Assembly (NCBI GenBank): GCA_963841915.1
Contig: CAWJEN010000006.1
Span: 1,472,001 to 1,536,000, forward strand
Origin: an uncultured Planctomycetota bacterium
Lineage (GTDB): Bacteria; Planctomycetota; Phycisphaerae; Tepidisphaerales; Tepidisphaeraceae
Length of the DNA stretch: 64,000 nt
Direction of reading: 5' to 3'
Shown piece after piece: positions 1-10,163 of this stretch. The translations under genes and the position numbers were made by a program. Every line of letters begins with the position of its first letter. Within the stretch, counting starts at the first letter, position 1. The notes beneath the pieces were generated by a model. It searched no databases and had not been told where the DNA came from. It worked only from the letters and a program-made list of their open reading frames with translations.

Positions 1-1158
1 TTCCCGCTCGCCATCGCCTGCGGCATGACGACGGCCGCACTTGTCACGGGAAATCCCGTCATCCTCAAGCCGGCCGAGCAGACGCCGGGCATCGCGAAGC
101 TGTTGTGCGACTTGCTTTGGGAAAGCGGCGTACCGAAGAACGTCTTGCAGTTCCTGCCCGGCGAGGGCGAGACAATTGGCGCTGCCCTTGCCCGGCACGA
201 AGGCGTCGCCCAGGTCGCCTTCACCGGCAGCGCCGCCGTCGGTCGCGAGATCCTTAAGGCGGCCGTCGAGCACCCGCCGCGTGGGATGCTCGCCCGCCAC
301 GTCGTCTGTGAGACCGGCGGTAAAAACGCCATCATCGTCGACGCGTCGGCCGATCTGGACGAAGCCGTTGTGGGTGTTCGCGACAGTGCCTTCGGCTTCG
401 CCGGGCAAAAGTGCAGCGCATGCAGCCGAGCCATTGCGCTCGACTCGATCTACGAAACGTTCGTCGAGCGACTCGTCGAGAGCACGAAGAGCCTCGTCGT
501 CGGCGATCCGCTCGACCCCGCAACGGACGTCGGCCCCGTCATCGACGACGACGCGGTCGCGAAGATCACAAGCTATATCGACCGCGGGAAGTCGGAAGCA
601 ACGCTTGTTTGCCCGGTTGCGAGCCCCGATCGTGAGGAAGGGGTTCAGGGAGATCGTGCAGAACCAGAACCCCTCCCTCACGATCGGGGCTCGCAGGACC
701 ACTTTGCAAGCACGCAGTTGATCCCGCCCCACATCTTCCGCGACGTGCCGCCGGACGCGTCGATCGCGACGGATGAGATCTTCGGACCCGTGCTCGCCGT
801 GATCCGTGCGAGCGACTTCGACCACGCCCTGCAGCTCGCTCTCGACAACGACTACCGCCTGACCGGCGGCGTTTACACACGAAAGCCCAGCCACCTAGAC
901 CGCGCCCGCCGAGAGTTCCGCGTCGGCAACCTCTACCTCAACCGCGGCTGCACCGGCGCCCTCGTCGCCCGCCAACCCTTCGGCGGCTTCGGCATGAGCG
1001 GCCTCGGCACTAAAGCCGGTGGCCGGGACTACCTCAAGCAGTTCGTCGTCCCGCGCGTCGTCACCGAGAACACCATGCGCCGCGGCTTCGCCCCCGGCCT
1101 CGAAGAGCAAGGCCAAGTCGCCGGCGGCGACACGGCAGCTTTGCGAGCGGGCATTTAG
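1..1158 (+). CDS. putA: Delta-1-pyrroline-5-carboxylate dehydrogenase domain (C-terminal part of PutA-type protein), 5'-truncated by the window edge
   Basis: Frame is open from base 1 (FPLAIACGM...). ALDH motifs KPAEQTP, FTGS, ETGGKN, catalytic FAGQKCSA and EIFGP are present, with a PutA-like tail GALVARQPFGGFGMSGLGTKAGG...TENTMRRGFAP. Confidence 0.85.
   Translation, partial: FPLAIACGMTTAALVTGNPVILKPAEQTPGIAKLLCDLLWESGVPKNVLQFLPGEGETIGAALARHEGVAQVAFTGSAAVGREILKAAVEHPPRGMLARHVVCETGGKNAIIVDASADLDEAVVGVRDSAFGFAGQKCSACSRAIALDSIYETFVERLVESTKSLVVGDPLDPATDVGPVIDDDAVAKITSYIDRGKSEATLVCPVASPDREEGVQGDRAEPEPLPHDRGSQDHFASTQLIPPHIFRDVPPDASIATDEIFGPVLAVIRASDFDHALQLALDNDYRLTGGVYTRKPSHLDRARREFRVGNLYLNRGCTGALVARQPFGGFGMSGLGTKAGGRDYLKQFVVPRVVTENTMRRGFAPGLEEQGQVAGGDTAALRAGI
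618..695. repeat. REP-like inverted repeat inserted in frame in putA (29-bp arms, 1 mismatch, 20-nt loop)
   Basis: 618-646 TGCGAGCCCCGATCGTGAGGAAGGGGTTC pairs with 667-695 GAACCCCTCCCTCACGATCGGGGCTCGCA. Total length is 78 nt, or 26 codons. Confidence 0.85.
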
Positions 1159-2213
1159 CCGCGGATGCCGCGTTGTTTGATGCGGTCGAGGCTGACAGCT
1201 AGGAGCAGCACACCACCGCTGACGACGTATTGCCAGAAGCTGTCGATGTTCTTGAGGTTCATGGCGTTGTTGAGCGTTCCCATGATGAAGACGCCCACGA
1301 CGACGCCGCTGATGGTGCCGACGCCGCCGGTGAGGCTGACACCACCAAGAACACAGGCACTGATGACGAGCAGTTCGAGGCCTTCTGCCGCCTGCGGCTG
1401 ACCGCTGGCGAACCGACTGGCGAGCACCACGCCCGCGAAGGCGGCCATAAGGCCTTGCAGCGTAAAGATGATGATCTTGTTGCGATTGACGCGGATGCCC
1501 GCCAAACGCGAGGCCTCTGCATTGCCGCCAATGGCAAGCGCGTTGCGCCCGAATGTGGTGTAATTCAGCAGAAGGCCGAAGATCACGAAGCAGGCGGTCA
1601 TGATCCAGACCGGCATCGGCAGGCCGAGGAAGCTGGTGATGCCGAGCTGCATGAAGCTCGGATCGCTGACGCCGACTGACTTGCCACCGGAGAAGATGAG
1701 TGCCAAACCCCGGACGATTTGCATCGACGCGAGCGTGGTGATGAGCGCGTTGATGCCGAGAACGGCGATGAACAGGCCGTTGAACAGGCCGACAAGCCCA
1801 CCGGCCGCGACAGCTACGACGATGCCCAGCAGCAGGCTGTCGGATTGATTGATGACGAGTGCCGCAACGACGCCGGCCATGGCAACGATCGAGCCGACGG
1901 AGAGATCGAAGTCACCCGACGCCAGGCAAAGCAGCATCGTGCAGGAAATCATGCCGATCGTGGCGACCGACAGGGCAAGGCCCTTGAGGTTGACAACGGT
2001 GAAAAAATTGTCGACGAAAAGCGAGCAGGCCAGGAGCAGCAGGGCGAGCACAACGGCCATGCCGGCGGCATCCCAGAGCTGGCCAGACATGCCAAGGGCG
2101 CGGGAGGCGAAGGTGGGCTGACGGCCATCGTTCAGGATCGCATGTTGCTGTTGACGTGCGGCCTGGCTCCCGGCGACTTCGTCAGGGGCGGCGTTGGTGG
2201 TGACTTGGCTCAT
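1155..2213 (-). CDS. araH: L-arabinose ABC transporter permease
   Basis: CUT2 permease motifs (DFDLSVGS, FGRNALAIGGN, ELLVISACVLGGVSL). It follows araF and araG. Confidence 0.9.
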   Translation of the reverse strand: MSQVTTNAAPDEVAGSQAARQQQHAILNDGRQPTFASRALGMSGQLWDAAGMAVVLALLLLACSLFVDNFFTVVNLKGLALSVATIGMISCTMLLCLASGDFDLSVGSIVAMAGVVAALVINQSDSLLLGIVVAVAAGGLVGLFNGLFIAVLGINALITTLASMQIVRGLALIFSGGKSVGVSDPSFMQLGITSFLGLPMPVWIMTACFVIFGLLLNYTTFGRNALAIGGNAEASRLAGIRVNRNKIIIFTLQGLMAAFAGVVLASRFASGQPQAAEGLELLVISACVLGGVSLTGGVGTISGVVVGVFIMGTLNNAMNLKNIDSFWQYVVSGGVLLLAVSLDRIKQRGIRG

Positions 2214-3781
2214 GCTGCTGCGTTGGCCGCGGGGGCGTCGGTGGAAGGAGTCGGAGAGTTGGGCGAAGCGGGGCGTGCGTGCACCTGTTCGCCGGGCAAA
2301 GCAAGACCCAGCAGGCGTTCCTGTGTGAAGTCGCTGCGCTCGACACGGCCGCTGACTTGTCCCTCGCGCATCACAATGATGCGGTCGCAGACACCCATGA
2401 CTTCGGGCAGTTCGCTGCTGACAAAGACAACACCCACGCCGCTTTCGGCGAGGTCGTAGATGATCGAGTAGATCTCGCTCTTGGCACCGACGTCAATGCC
2501 GCGGGTGGGCTCATCGAGCAGGATGACTTTTGGATTTTCGCAAAGGTTGCGGGCGAGCACGACCTTTTGCTGGTTGCCGCCTGAGAGGTTAACGAGTCGC
2601 GTCGCAAGCGAAGCCGTCCTGACGTTGAGTCGCTGGCGGTACTCGGAAGCGTTGGCCCGCTCTTTCGACGGGTTGATGATGAAACCGCCAAGCGAGAAGT
2701 GGCGGCGGACCGAGAGGTTGAGATTTTCCTGCACGCTGCGAACCGGGACGATGCCCTCGGCCTTGCGATCTTCGGGGGCAAGGACAAGTGACGCACCGAT
2801 AGACGAGGCCGGATTGGTGCGGGTGAGCGACTTGCCGTCAATCACAATGTCGCCGCCTGTGCGTGGCACCCCGCCGTAGAGCAGCTTGAGAAACTCGGTG
2901 CGTCCCGCGCCGACCAGGCCGAACATGCCGACGATTTCGCCTCGGCGGACGCTGAGGCTGACCGGTGCCTTCAGCCCGGGGCCGGTGATGCCCGTTGCCT
3001 GCAGAACTTCCTTACCGGCCTTACGCGGGCGGTAGCGGAACAGGTCCTTGATCTCGCGACCGACCATGCGTTGGACGAGCGTGTCGGGCTGTACCCCGTT
3101 GAGCGAGGCGAAGGTTTCAACGTGCCTGCCGTCGCGGAGCACGGTGGCGGCGTCGCAGATCTCGTAGATCTCGTCCATCCGGTGACTGACGTAGAGCACG
3201 ACCTTGCCCTGATCCCGGAGCGAGCGGATAACGTCGAAAAGCTTGTCGCTTTCCTTGCTCGAAAGGCTGCTTGTCGGCTCGTCGAAAGCGATGATCTCAG
3301 CCTTGTGGGCGAGGGCCTTGGCGATCTCGACCATCTGCCGTTGACCGATCGGCAGCGAGCCAAGCGTCGCCCGCGGGTCGATATCCTCGCCGAGCATTTC
3401 GAGCATGCGGCGAGACTGGCTGAGCAGCTCGCCCTTCTTCAGAAACCCTCTGCTGTTGGGCAAGTGACCGAGAAACAGGTTCTCGGCGACGGACAGCTGC
3501 GCAACAAGCTGTAGCTCCTGATAGATCACAGCCAGGCCGGCGTTGAGCGCCTCGCTCGTGTTGGCAAAGACGTGTTCTTTCCCGTTGATGCGGAGACAAC
3601 CGCCGCTGTCAGGTGTGTGAGCGCCGGCAAGCACCTTGAGCAGCGTGCTTTTGCCCGCGCCGTTTTCACCCATCAGGGCGTGCACGGAACCCGAGTTCAC
3701 GCCGAATGAGACGTCCTCAAGTGCCTTTACACCAGGAAAGGTCTTGCTGACGCTATCGAATTGGAGACGCGGCTGAGTCAT
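2210..3781 (-). CDS. araG: L-arabinose ABC transporter ATP-binding protein
   Basis: Two ABC domains: GENGAGKST, IAFDEPTSSL, LSGGNQQK, DEPTRGIDVGAK. Start placed at MTQPRLQF (3781), not at the upstream ORF start. Confidence 0.9.
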   Translation of the reverse strand: MTQPRLQFDSVSKTFPGVKALEDVSFGVNSGSVHALMGENGAGKSTLLKVLAGAHTPDSGGCLRINGKEHVFANTSEALNAGLAVIYQELQLVAQLSVAENLFLGHLPNSRGFLKKGELLSQSRRMLEMLGEDIDPRATLGSLPIGQRQMVEIAKALAHKAEIIAFDEPTSSLSSKESDKLFDVIRSLRDQGKVVLYVSHRMDEIYEICDAATVLRDGRHVETFASLNGVQPDTLVQRMVGREIKDLFRYRPRKAGKEVLQATGITGPGLKAPVSLSVRRGEIVGMFGLVGAGRTEFLKLLYGGVPRTGGDIVIDGKSLTRTNPASSIGASLVLAPEDRKAEGIVPVRSVQENLNLSVRRHFSLGGFIINPSKERANASEYRQRLNVRTASLATRLVNLSGGNQQKVVLARNLCENPKVILLDEPTRGIDVGAKSEIYSIIYDLAESGVGVVFVSSELPEVMGVCDRIIVMREGQVSGRVERSDFTQERLLGLALPGEQVHARPASPNSPTPSTDAPAANAAA

Positions 3782-3830
3782 TGCGGTCCGAATTGGGCGA
3801 CGGCGAGGCGGGTCGATACGGCAGGGTGCA

Positions 3831-4880
3831 TCACTCGGCCGCTTCGAGCAGCCCGTGATCCCGCATGACGGCCTCGTAAGTCTCACGCGTGATGAGCTCG
3901 CCATCGGTGAAGGTGAGCATGTCCGGCTCGTTACCGGTGACGACCCACTCGTACATCATCATCGTCGTGTCGTAGCCGTGCCGCTTAGCGCTGAGCAGGA
4001 TCGAGCCGTAGAGGCCGGTTTCCTCTGCTTTTTCGAACTCGATGACAGCATCGGTCCCGTTGATGCCGACGCCGATGATGTTGTCGCTGGAGATGCCGCG
4101 ACCCTCCATCGCGCGCACCGCCCCGATGACCGTGGTGTCGTTCATGCCCGCCACGAGCCAATTCTCGACAGCGCCTTGCTGAGTCAAGAGCACGTCGGCG
4201 GCGTCGTAGGCGAAGGAAAGCTCCGGCTTCCGCATTGGAGCCTCAAAGATGCGATCTCGCGGAAATCCAGCTTCGACGAGCGCCTCGACGGCACCGTCTG
4301 TCCGCTCCTTGGCAGTCGTCAGTTCGTTGAAGGTCATCAGGCACAGGCCGGTGTTGCTGATGTCCCAGCCCTCTGCCTGCATCTGATCCCAAAGTGACTT
4401 ACCGACGAGCTTGCCGATGTTCTTGGCGCTGATGCCCAGGTGCGGCACGCTTTCAATGGCCTTGCCGTCACCATCGACAAGTCGGTCGTCGACCGTCATC
4501 ATCTTGAGGCCGTGCATCTCGGCGCGGGCCACGATGGCCGGGCCGAGCTTGACGTCGGGCGTGCAGATGATGAAGCCCTTGACGCCTTGGGCGGCAATGT
4601 TGTCAATGGCCGTCAGCGTCTCCTCGCCGTCGGGTACGGCGAGCTTCACGAGCGTGAAGTCTTTCTCGTCGGCCACCTGCTGGGCGAATTGCCATTCCGT
4701 CTGGAACCATGGCTCCTCGGGCTGCTTGACGAGGAACGCGATTTTTGTCTCGGCGTCGCCGGAATCGTTATCGCAACCGGCGACAGATCCCGCGAGGCTG
4801 AGCCCAGCGGCCAAGGCGAGCGCGGAGGCAAGTAGCCGAGCCGGGAGCCGATCAAGCTTCTTCAGGTTCATGGTCATCAT
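3831..4880 (-). CDS. araF: L-arabinose-binding protein, predicted lipoprotein
   Basis: FLVKQPEEPWFQTEW, AVPDGEETL, ICTPD and GMNDTTV closely resemble E. coli AraF. Lipobox VAGC is present. Start is uncertain (4880, 4877 or 4871). Confidence 0.9.
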   Translation of the reverse strand: MMTMNLKKLDRLPARLLASALALAAGLSLAGSVAGCDNDSGDAETKIAFLVKQPEEPWFQTEWQFAQQVADEKDFTLVKLAVPDGEETLTAIDNIAAQGVKGFIICTPDVKLGPAIVARAEMHGLKMMTVDDRLVDGDGKAIESVPHLGISAKNIGKLVGKSLWDQMQAEGWDISNTGLCLMTFNELTTAKERTDGAVEALVEAGFPRDRIFEAPMRKPELSFAYDAADVLLTQQGAVENWLVAGMNDTTVIGAVRAMEGRGISSDNIIGVGINGTDAVIEFEKAEETGLYGSILLSAKRHGYDTTMMMYEWVVTGNEPDMLTFTDGELITRETYEAVMRDHGLLEAAE

Positions 4881-5002
4881 GGTGCTTTGCCCGGGTGCCA
4901 AGGGCAACATTTCGTCTGCCACGCCCCAAGGCTGGCGGCAGACAGGAATGAGGACGACGTAAATCGGTAATTGCGAAGCCTCCTCAGTCACTTCACACGT
5001 TG

Positions 5003-5030
5003 GTTATAACGCGCCCGTCGCGACATGCAA
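5003..5030 (-). promoter_or_regulatory. Possible sigma70-type promoter for araFGH
   Basis: Minus strand reads TTGCAT-N16-TATAAC upstream of araF. Match to consensus is imperfect. Confidence 0.3.
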
Positions 5031-5220
5031 GGGGCAAAGCAGGCGGAGCGTCAAGATGTGCTGTCGTTAAGCGACTGCAGCGGGAGAGGCCCAGTTTTTC
5101 AGTAAGTTTTCATTCGCATTGGTCGTCTGCTTCCTTGCCGTGTGTAGGGGCGCTATGCCAAATCGTCCGATGGTCGCCCGAGGGCTTGGCAACGGCGGCA
5201 GGCCATGGCACCATGGACGA

Positions 5221-6741
5221 ATGCTGACAATCGGCCGATTGGCCCTATCGATTTTCATCACAACGGCGTTGGCTACTCATGCTGCTTCGGCGGCGTCTGA
5301 GCGGCCCAATGTGCTGCTGATCATGGCCGATGACCTGGGTTACGGCGACTTGGGCTGCTTCGGCTCAAAGCAGATCGACACGCCCAACCTCGACGCTCTT
5401 GCCGCCGATGGCGTGCGGGCGACCGACGGCTACGTCTGCGCCTCCATCTGCTCACCATCCCGCGCCGGCCTTCTCACCGGTCGCTACCCGCAGAACTTCG
5501 GTTTCGAACACAACATCGGGGGCGTCAACAACAACGCTACCCCCAATGCCCGCAACGGCATTCCTGCAGGTGAGCGGACATTGGGTGATTTCATGAAGTC
5601 GGCAGGCTATCGCACCGGCATCATCGGCAAGTGGCATGTCGGCCATGCCATTCCCGAGATGCTCCCTAACGCACGCGGCTTTGACACCTTCTTCGGCATC
5701 CTCGATGGCCACTGCGACTACTTCCCGAAGTCGACCGACCGCTTCCTTCTTCGCAATGGGCAGCCGGTCGAAGCGGTCCGCGAGGGCTACACGACCGACT
5801 GGTTCACGAACGAAGCGATCGAATTCATCAACGGCAATGGTCCCGGGGCAGAAACTCACGACGGTTCTGACATCGATGCAAGCGACCCTTGGTTCTTGTT
5901 TCTGAGCTACACCGCCCCGCACACGCCGCTACAGGCCAAGCCTGAAGACCTAGAGCGTTTCAGCCACATCCCAGACGCAGGCCGTCGAACCTACGCCGCG
6001 ATGATCTGGAACATGGACCAGAACATCGGCCGGGTCGTCGACACATTGCGTGAGCAGGGTGAACTCGATAACACGCTGATCGTCTTCCTGAGTGATAACG
6101 GCGGCGCAGTGGATGCGAACAACGCGTGCAACGCGCCGCTTCGCGGGAGCAAGGGCACGTTCCTCGAAGGTGGCGTGCGGGTGCCATTCATCTTCCACTG
6201 GCCGGCAGGCGGGTTGAAGGGCGGCACGACGTTCGAGCGGCCCTTCATCTCGCTCGACTTGACGCCGACGTTCATCAAGGCAGCGGGCGGCGAGCTGCCG
6301 GAACGGCCGCAAGCAACCAGGGGCCGTTTCGCCGACAAGCCGCTGCTCGACGGTGTCGACCTCCTGCCTTTTCTGAGAGGTGAGGCACAAGGCGATCCGC
6401 ACGAAGCGATTTATCTCCGAATGGCACTGCGGCAGCAGGTGGTGCGACGCGGCGACTGGAAGCTGCAGACCGGCGTCCACGCGCTGCCGGAGCTGTTCAA
6501 CGTGCGGGACGATCCAAGCGAACTCGACGACAAGATCCTGGAGCACCGCGAGATGGCTGAGTCGATGCAAACGTTGCTCAATGATTGGCAGCACGCGCTC
6601 GAGGATGCACCGCACTGGCTCGAGCCGCCTTACTGGCAGATGGTGAGCTTCCAGCGTTACCAGAGGCCCTACCAGCTTGTACAGCCGGAGCGAGACGAGG
6701 CCTACTCCGGCCGCGTTGCGGACGTGCGTTCGGACGATTGA
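5221..6741 (+). CDS. Secreted arylsulfatase (formylglycine-dependent, S1 family)
   Basis: Signal peptide, RPNVLLIMADDLGYGD, CSPSRAGLLTGR, GKWH, SDNG. Confidence 0.92.
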   Translation: MLTIGRLALSIFITTALATHAASAASERPNVLLIMADDLGYGDLGCFGSKQIDTPNLDALAADGVRATDGYVCASICSPSRAGLLTGRYPQNFGFEHNIGGVNNNATPNARNGIPAGERTLGDFMKSAGYRTGIIGKWHVGHAIPEMLPNARGFDTFFGILDGHCDYFPKSTDRFLLRNGQPVEAVREGYTTDWFTNEAIEFINGNGPGAETHDGSDIDASDPWFLFLSYTAPHTPLQAKPEDLERFSHIPDAGRRTYAAMIWNMDQNIGRVVDTLREQGELDNTLIVFLSDNGGAVDANNACNAPLRGSKGTFLEGGVRVPFIFHWPAGGLKGGTTFERPFISLDLTPTFIKAAGGELPERPQATRGRFADKPLLDGVDLLPFLRGEAQGDPHEAIYLRMALRQQVVRRGDWKLQTGVHALPELFNVRDDPSELDDKILEHREMAESMQTLLNDWQHALEDAPHWLEPPYWQMVSFQRYQRPYQLVQPERDEAYSGRVADVRSDD

Positions 6742-6806
6742 CGCGAGTGGCGAGAAACGGCAACGCTTTGACGGTGGCGGGCATTCACACTTCCAGAAGG
6801 GCATGT

Positions 6807-9800
6807 ATGCTGCAAATCATGATAAGTCTTGTCTTCCATCGCCTCCAAGGCGGGCGACGCCAAGGGCTCGTCCCGCTCGCCAGTCTCCGTCATGCCGCCG
6901 CCGGCTTCTTTGCCGTCGCTTTGGGAGTCGTCGGTGTAGCGGGCACGACGGCGAAGGCGGGCAACAACGTGGCTCAGACGGACGCACCCATGATCGATCT
7001 CAGTGGCGAATGGCAGTTCCAGGTCGACCGTCGTGGCGTCGGCATCGACGAGGGCTGGTACGACAACGACCTGCCCGACACGATCAAGCTGCCGGGAACG
7101 ATGCGCGACCAGGGCTTCGGCGACGAGGTCGATGCCGATACCGATTGGTGGGGCGGTACGCTCGACTACAGCGACCCGATGTACGCTCCGTTTGCGAAAG
7201 GCGAAGATTTCAAGTCGCGGTCGTGGTTGACGCCCAACCTCAGGTACACGGGCCCGGCCTGGTACTCGAAGCTCGTCGACGTGCCCGCCAATTGGCAAGG
7301 CAGCCGGGTGACGCTTCGCCTGGAGCGGCCGCACATCCACTCGAAGGTCTGGGTGAATGGCAAAGAGGTCGGGGCAGACAACACGCTGCTCGCGCCGCAC
7401 GTCTTTGACGTTAGCGACGCCCTCGTCGAAGGTGAGAACCGCGTGACGCTGCTCATCGACAGCAGCATGGATGTGAATGTCGGCGAAAGCTCGCACAGCG
7501 TCACCGACCACACGCAAACGCCTTGGAATGGCGTCGTCGGTGACATCGTGCTCGTCCAGCAGGATCCGATCTGGATCGACGACGTGCAGATCCATGCACC
7601 GGGCAACGCAAAGACGGTCACCGTCAAGGCGACGTTCGGCAACAAGACCGGCGAGGCCGTCGAAGGTCGTGTCGAGCTGACCATCTTCGACCAGAACGAC
7701 AACGTCGTCATCGCCCGCGATATAGAAGCGTCTGCCGATGTCGGGATGACGCAGAAGACCTTCGAGATCGAGCTCGAGCGCCCGCTGGCGACGTGGGACG
7801 AATTCGATCCGACGTTGCACACGTTGCAGGTCTCGCTCGGTGCCGGCAAGGAGACGTGGCGCGGCCGCTTCGGTGCTCGCACGCTTGAAGCAAGCGGAAC
7901 AGAGTTCAAGCTCAACGGCCGCACGATCATGTTCCGCGGTTCGCTGGATTGCGCAATCTTCCCCAAGACCGCGTATCCGCCGACGGACGTCGAGTCGTGG
8001 AAGAAGATCATCACGGCGCAGCAGGAGCATGGCCTGAACCACACGCGGTTCCACTCGTGGTGCCCGCCGAGGGCGGCGTTCATTGCGGCCGACGAACTGG
8101 GTCACTACTTCCAAGTCGAGTGCAGCACCTGGTGCAACGGCGGCACGGCGAGTGTCGGCGAGGGGCACCCGATCGACGAATGGCTCTACGACGAGGGCCG
8201 CCGACTCATCAAGGAGTACGGCAACCACCCGTCGTTCGTCCTGCTCGCCGCCGGTAATGAGCCGGGTGGGCCGGAGCGAGGAGCGGTTTATCTGAGCCCG
8301 TGGGTCGACTACTTCAAGAACTACGACGATCGCTTCATGGTCACCAGCGGTGCCGGCTGGCCCCTGGTGGATGAGAGCGAGTTCCACAACGCTTACGGCC
8401 CGCGTTTGCAGGGCTGGGGTGCCGGGCTCAACGGCACGCTCAACGCTGATAAGCCGGACCTGATGAAGGATTTCCGCGACTATGTCCAGCGGTACCCGAA
8501 CACGCCGGTGATTTCACACGAAACGGGCCAGTGGTGTGCGTGGCCGAACTTTGCCGAGATGGACAAGTATACGGGCTCGCTGAAGCCCAAAAACTTCGAG
8601 ATCTTCAAGGATCTCCTTGAAAAGCGGCACCAGAGCGACCTGTACGATGACTTCCTGATGGCCAGCGGTGCGCTGCAGGTGATGGCTTACAAGGAAGAGA
8701 TTGAGCGGAGCCTGCGAACGCCCGAGTATGGAGGGTTCCAGTTGCTGGGCCTGCAGGATTTTCCAGGGCAGGGCACTGCCATCGTGGGCGTGCTCGATGC
8801 GTTCTGGGAGCCCAAGCCGTACGTCAGTGCAGAGGCTTATCGGCAGTTCTGTAACGAGACGGTCATCCTGGCTCGCATGGCGTCTCGCACGTTCACTGCA
8901 GGCGATGTGGTGCCCGTGACCCTCGAGATCTCGCACTACGGCCGTGATGATTTGAAGGATGCGACGCTCCGTTGGTCGCTCGAGGCCGAAGACGGCAGCA
9001 TCGTGGCCAAGGATTCGGCGAAGTTGTCGCTCGTACCGGCCGGGCAGTTGACGCGGTTGATCGACACGTCGCTGCCGACGCCGTCGGGTAAGGCACAGAA
9101 GCTAACGCTAAAGACGTCGCTCGAAGGCACCGACATCACCAACCAGTGGGAGATGTGGGTTTACCCGAGTGGTGTCGAGACGACCGCTCCCGACAACGTG
9201 AAGGTCGTCCGCACGCTCGAAGAGGCCGAGCCGTTGCTTGCTGCGGGTGAGCGGGTGCTGTTAATGGTCGATCCGGGCATGGTGGCGACGAACGTGCAGA
9301 TCGGCTTCAGCCCGATTTTCTGGAACACGTCGTACACGAACAATCAGGCGCCGCACACGATGGGCACGCTGGTTGATCCGGAGCATCCGGCCCTGGCGAG
9401 CTTCCCGACCGACTTCCACGGCGACTGGCAGTGGTGGGACATCATGATGAACTCGGCGACGATGGAGCTTGACCATCTTCCCCCGACGATGCGGCCCGTC
9501 GTGCAGGTCGTGCCCGACTGGGTCGACCCGAAGCGGTTGGCGCTTGTGGCAGAGGTGAAGGTGGGCGACGGACGGCTGCTGCTTTGTTCGATCGATCTCC
9601 AGACGAACATCAGCGAGCGGTTGGCAGCCAAGCAGATGCTCAGTTCGCTGCTGAATTACGCGTCGGGAGACGACTTTGATCCGGAGCATGCGGTTTCGAT
9701 CAGCGACCTGAAGCCGATCTTTCGCGATCCGGGGTCAGCCGCTGCGATGAACGCGACGGCATCGGCGAGTGATTCCCATCCGAATTATCCGGCAGCAAAC

Positions 9801-10163
9801 GTGCTGGATCAGAACCCTGACACGATCTGGCACACCAACTGGCAGCCGACGGCACCGTTTCCGCACGATCTGACGATCGATCTGCAGAAGGTGTCGAAAC
9901 TCCGCGGCGTCAGTGCCTTGCCGCGCCAGGACGGCCCAAATGGTCGCATCGGTGAGTATGAGATCTACGTCAGCCAAGACGGTCGGCAGTGGGGCGAGCC
10001 AGTGGCCAAGGGAGCTTGGGCGGGCGACGCAAAGATTAAGGACGTGCTGTTCAGCACGCCCGTCGAGGGCCAATTCGTCAGGCTTCGCGTACTGCGTGCG
10101 GTCAACAGCTACGGCATCAGCAGCCTTGCAGAGTTCGATATCTTGCTGGAGGAATCCGAATGA
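6807..10163 (+). CDS. GH2-like glycoside hydrolase with C-terminal F5/8 (CBM32/discoidin) domain, copy 1
   Basis: IDLSGEWQF sugar-binding domain, RFHSWCPP, NHPSF..GNE, ISHE, and C-terminal NVLDQNPDTIWHT...IDL F5/8 motif. Start 6807 follows AGAAGG. Confidence 0.8.
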   Translation: MLQIMISLVFHRLQGGRRQGLVPLASLRHAAAGFFAVALGVVGVAGTTAKAGNNVAQTDAPMIDLSGEWQFQVDRRGVGIDEGWYDNDLPDTIKLPGTMRDQGFGDEVDADTDWWGGTLDYSDPMYAPFAKGEDFKSRSWLTPNLRYTGPAWYSKLVDVPANWQGSRVTLRLERPHIHSKVWVNGKEVGADNTLLAPHVFDVSDALVEGENRVTLLIDSSMDVNVGESSHSVTDHTQTPWNGVVGDIVLVQQDPIWIDDVQIHAPGNAKTVTVKATFGNKTGEAVEGRVELTIFDQNDNVVIARDIEASADVGMTQKTFEIELERPLATWDEFDPTLHTLQVSLGAGKETWRGRFGARTLEASGTEFKLNGRTIMFRGSLDCAIFPKTAYPPTDVESWKKIITAQQEHGLNHTRFHSWCPPRAAFIAADELGHYFQVECSTWCNGGTASVGEGHPIDEWLYDEGRRLIKEYGNHPSFVLLAAGNEPGGPERGAVYLSPWVDYFKNYDDRFMVTSGAGWPLVDESEFHNAYGPRLQGWGAGLNGTLNADKPDLMKDFRDYVQRYPNTPVISHETGQWCAWPNFAEMDKYTGSLKPKNFEIFKDLLEKRHQSDLYDDFLMASGALQVMAYKEEIERSLRTPEYGGFQLLGLQDFPGQGTAIVGVLDAFWEPKPYVSAEAYRQFCNETVILARMASRTFTAGDVVPVTLEISHYGRDDLKDATLRWSLEAEDGSIVAKDSAKLSLVPAGQLTRLIDTSLPTPSGKAQKLTLKTSLEGTDITNQWEMWVYPSGVETTAPDNVKVVRTLEEAEPLLAAGERVLLMVDPGMVATNVQIGFSPIFWNTSYTNNQAPHTMGTLVDPEHPALASFPTDFHGDWQWWDIMMNSATMELDHLPPTMRPVVQVVPDWVDPKRLALVAEVKVGDGRLLLCSIDLQTNISERLAAKQMLSSLLNYASGDDFDPEHAVSISDLKPIFRDPGSAAAMNATASASDSHPNYPAANVLDQNPDTIWHTNWQPTAPFPHDLTIDLQKVSKLRGVSALPRQDGPNGRIGEYEIYVSQDGRQWGEPVAKGAWAGDAKIKDVLFSTPVEGQFVRLRVLRAVNSYGISSLAEFDILLEESE

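Noticed and set aside
6702..8387. 561-aa minus-strand ORF and similar long antisense ORFs (e.g. 61086-62522, 52210-53523, 54881-56140)
   Set aside because: Each overlaps a well-supported gene on the other strand and has shadow-type composition.
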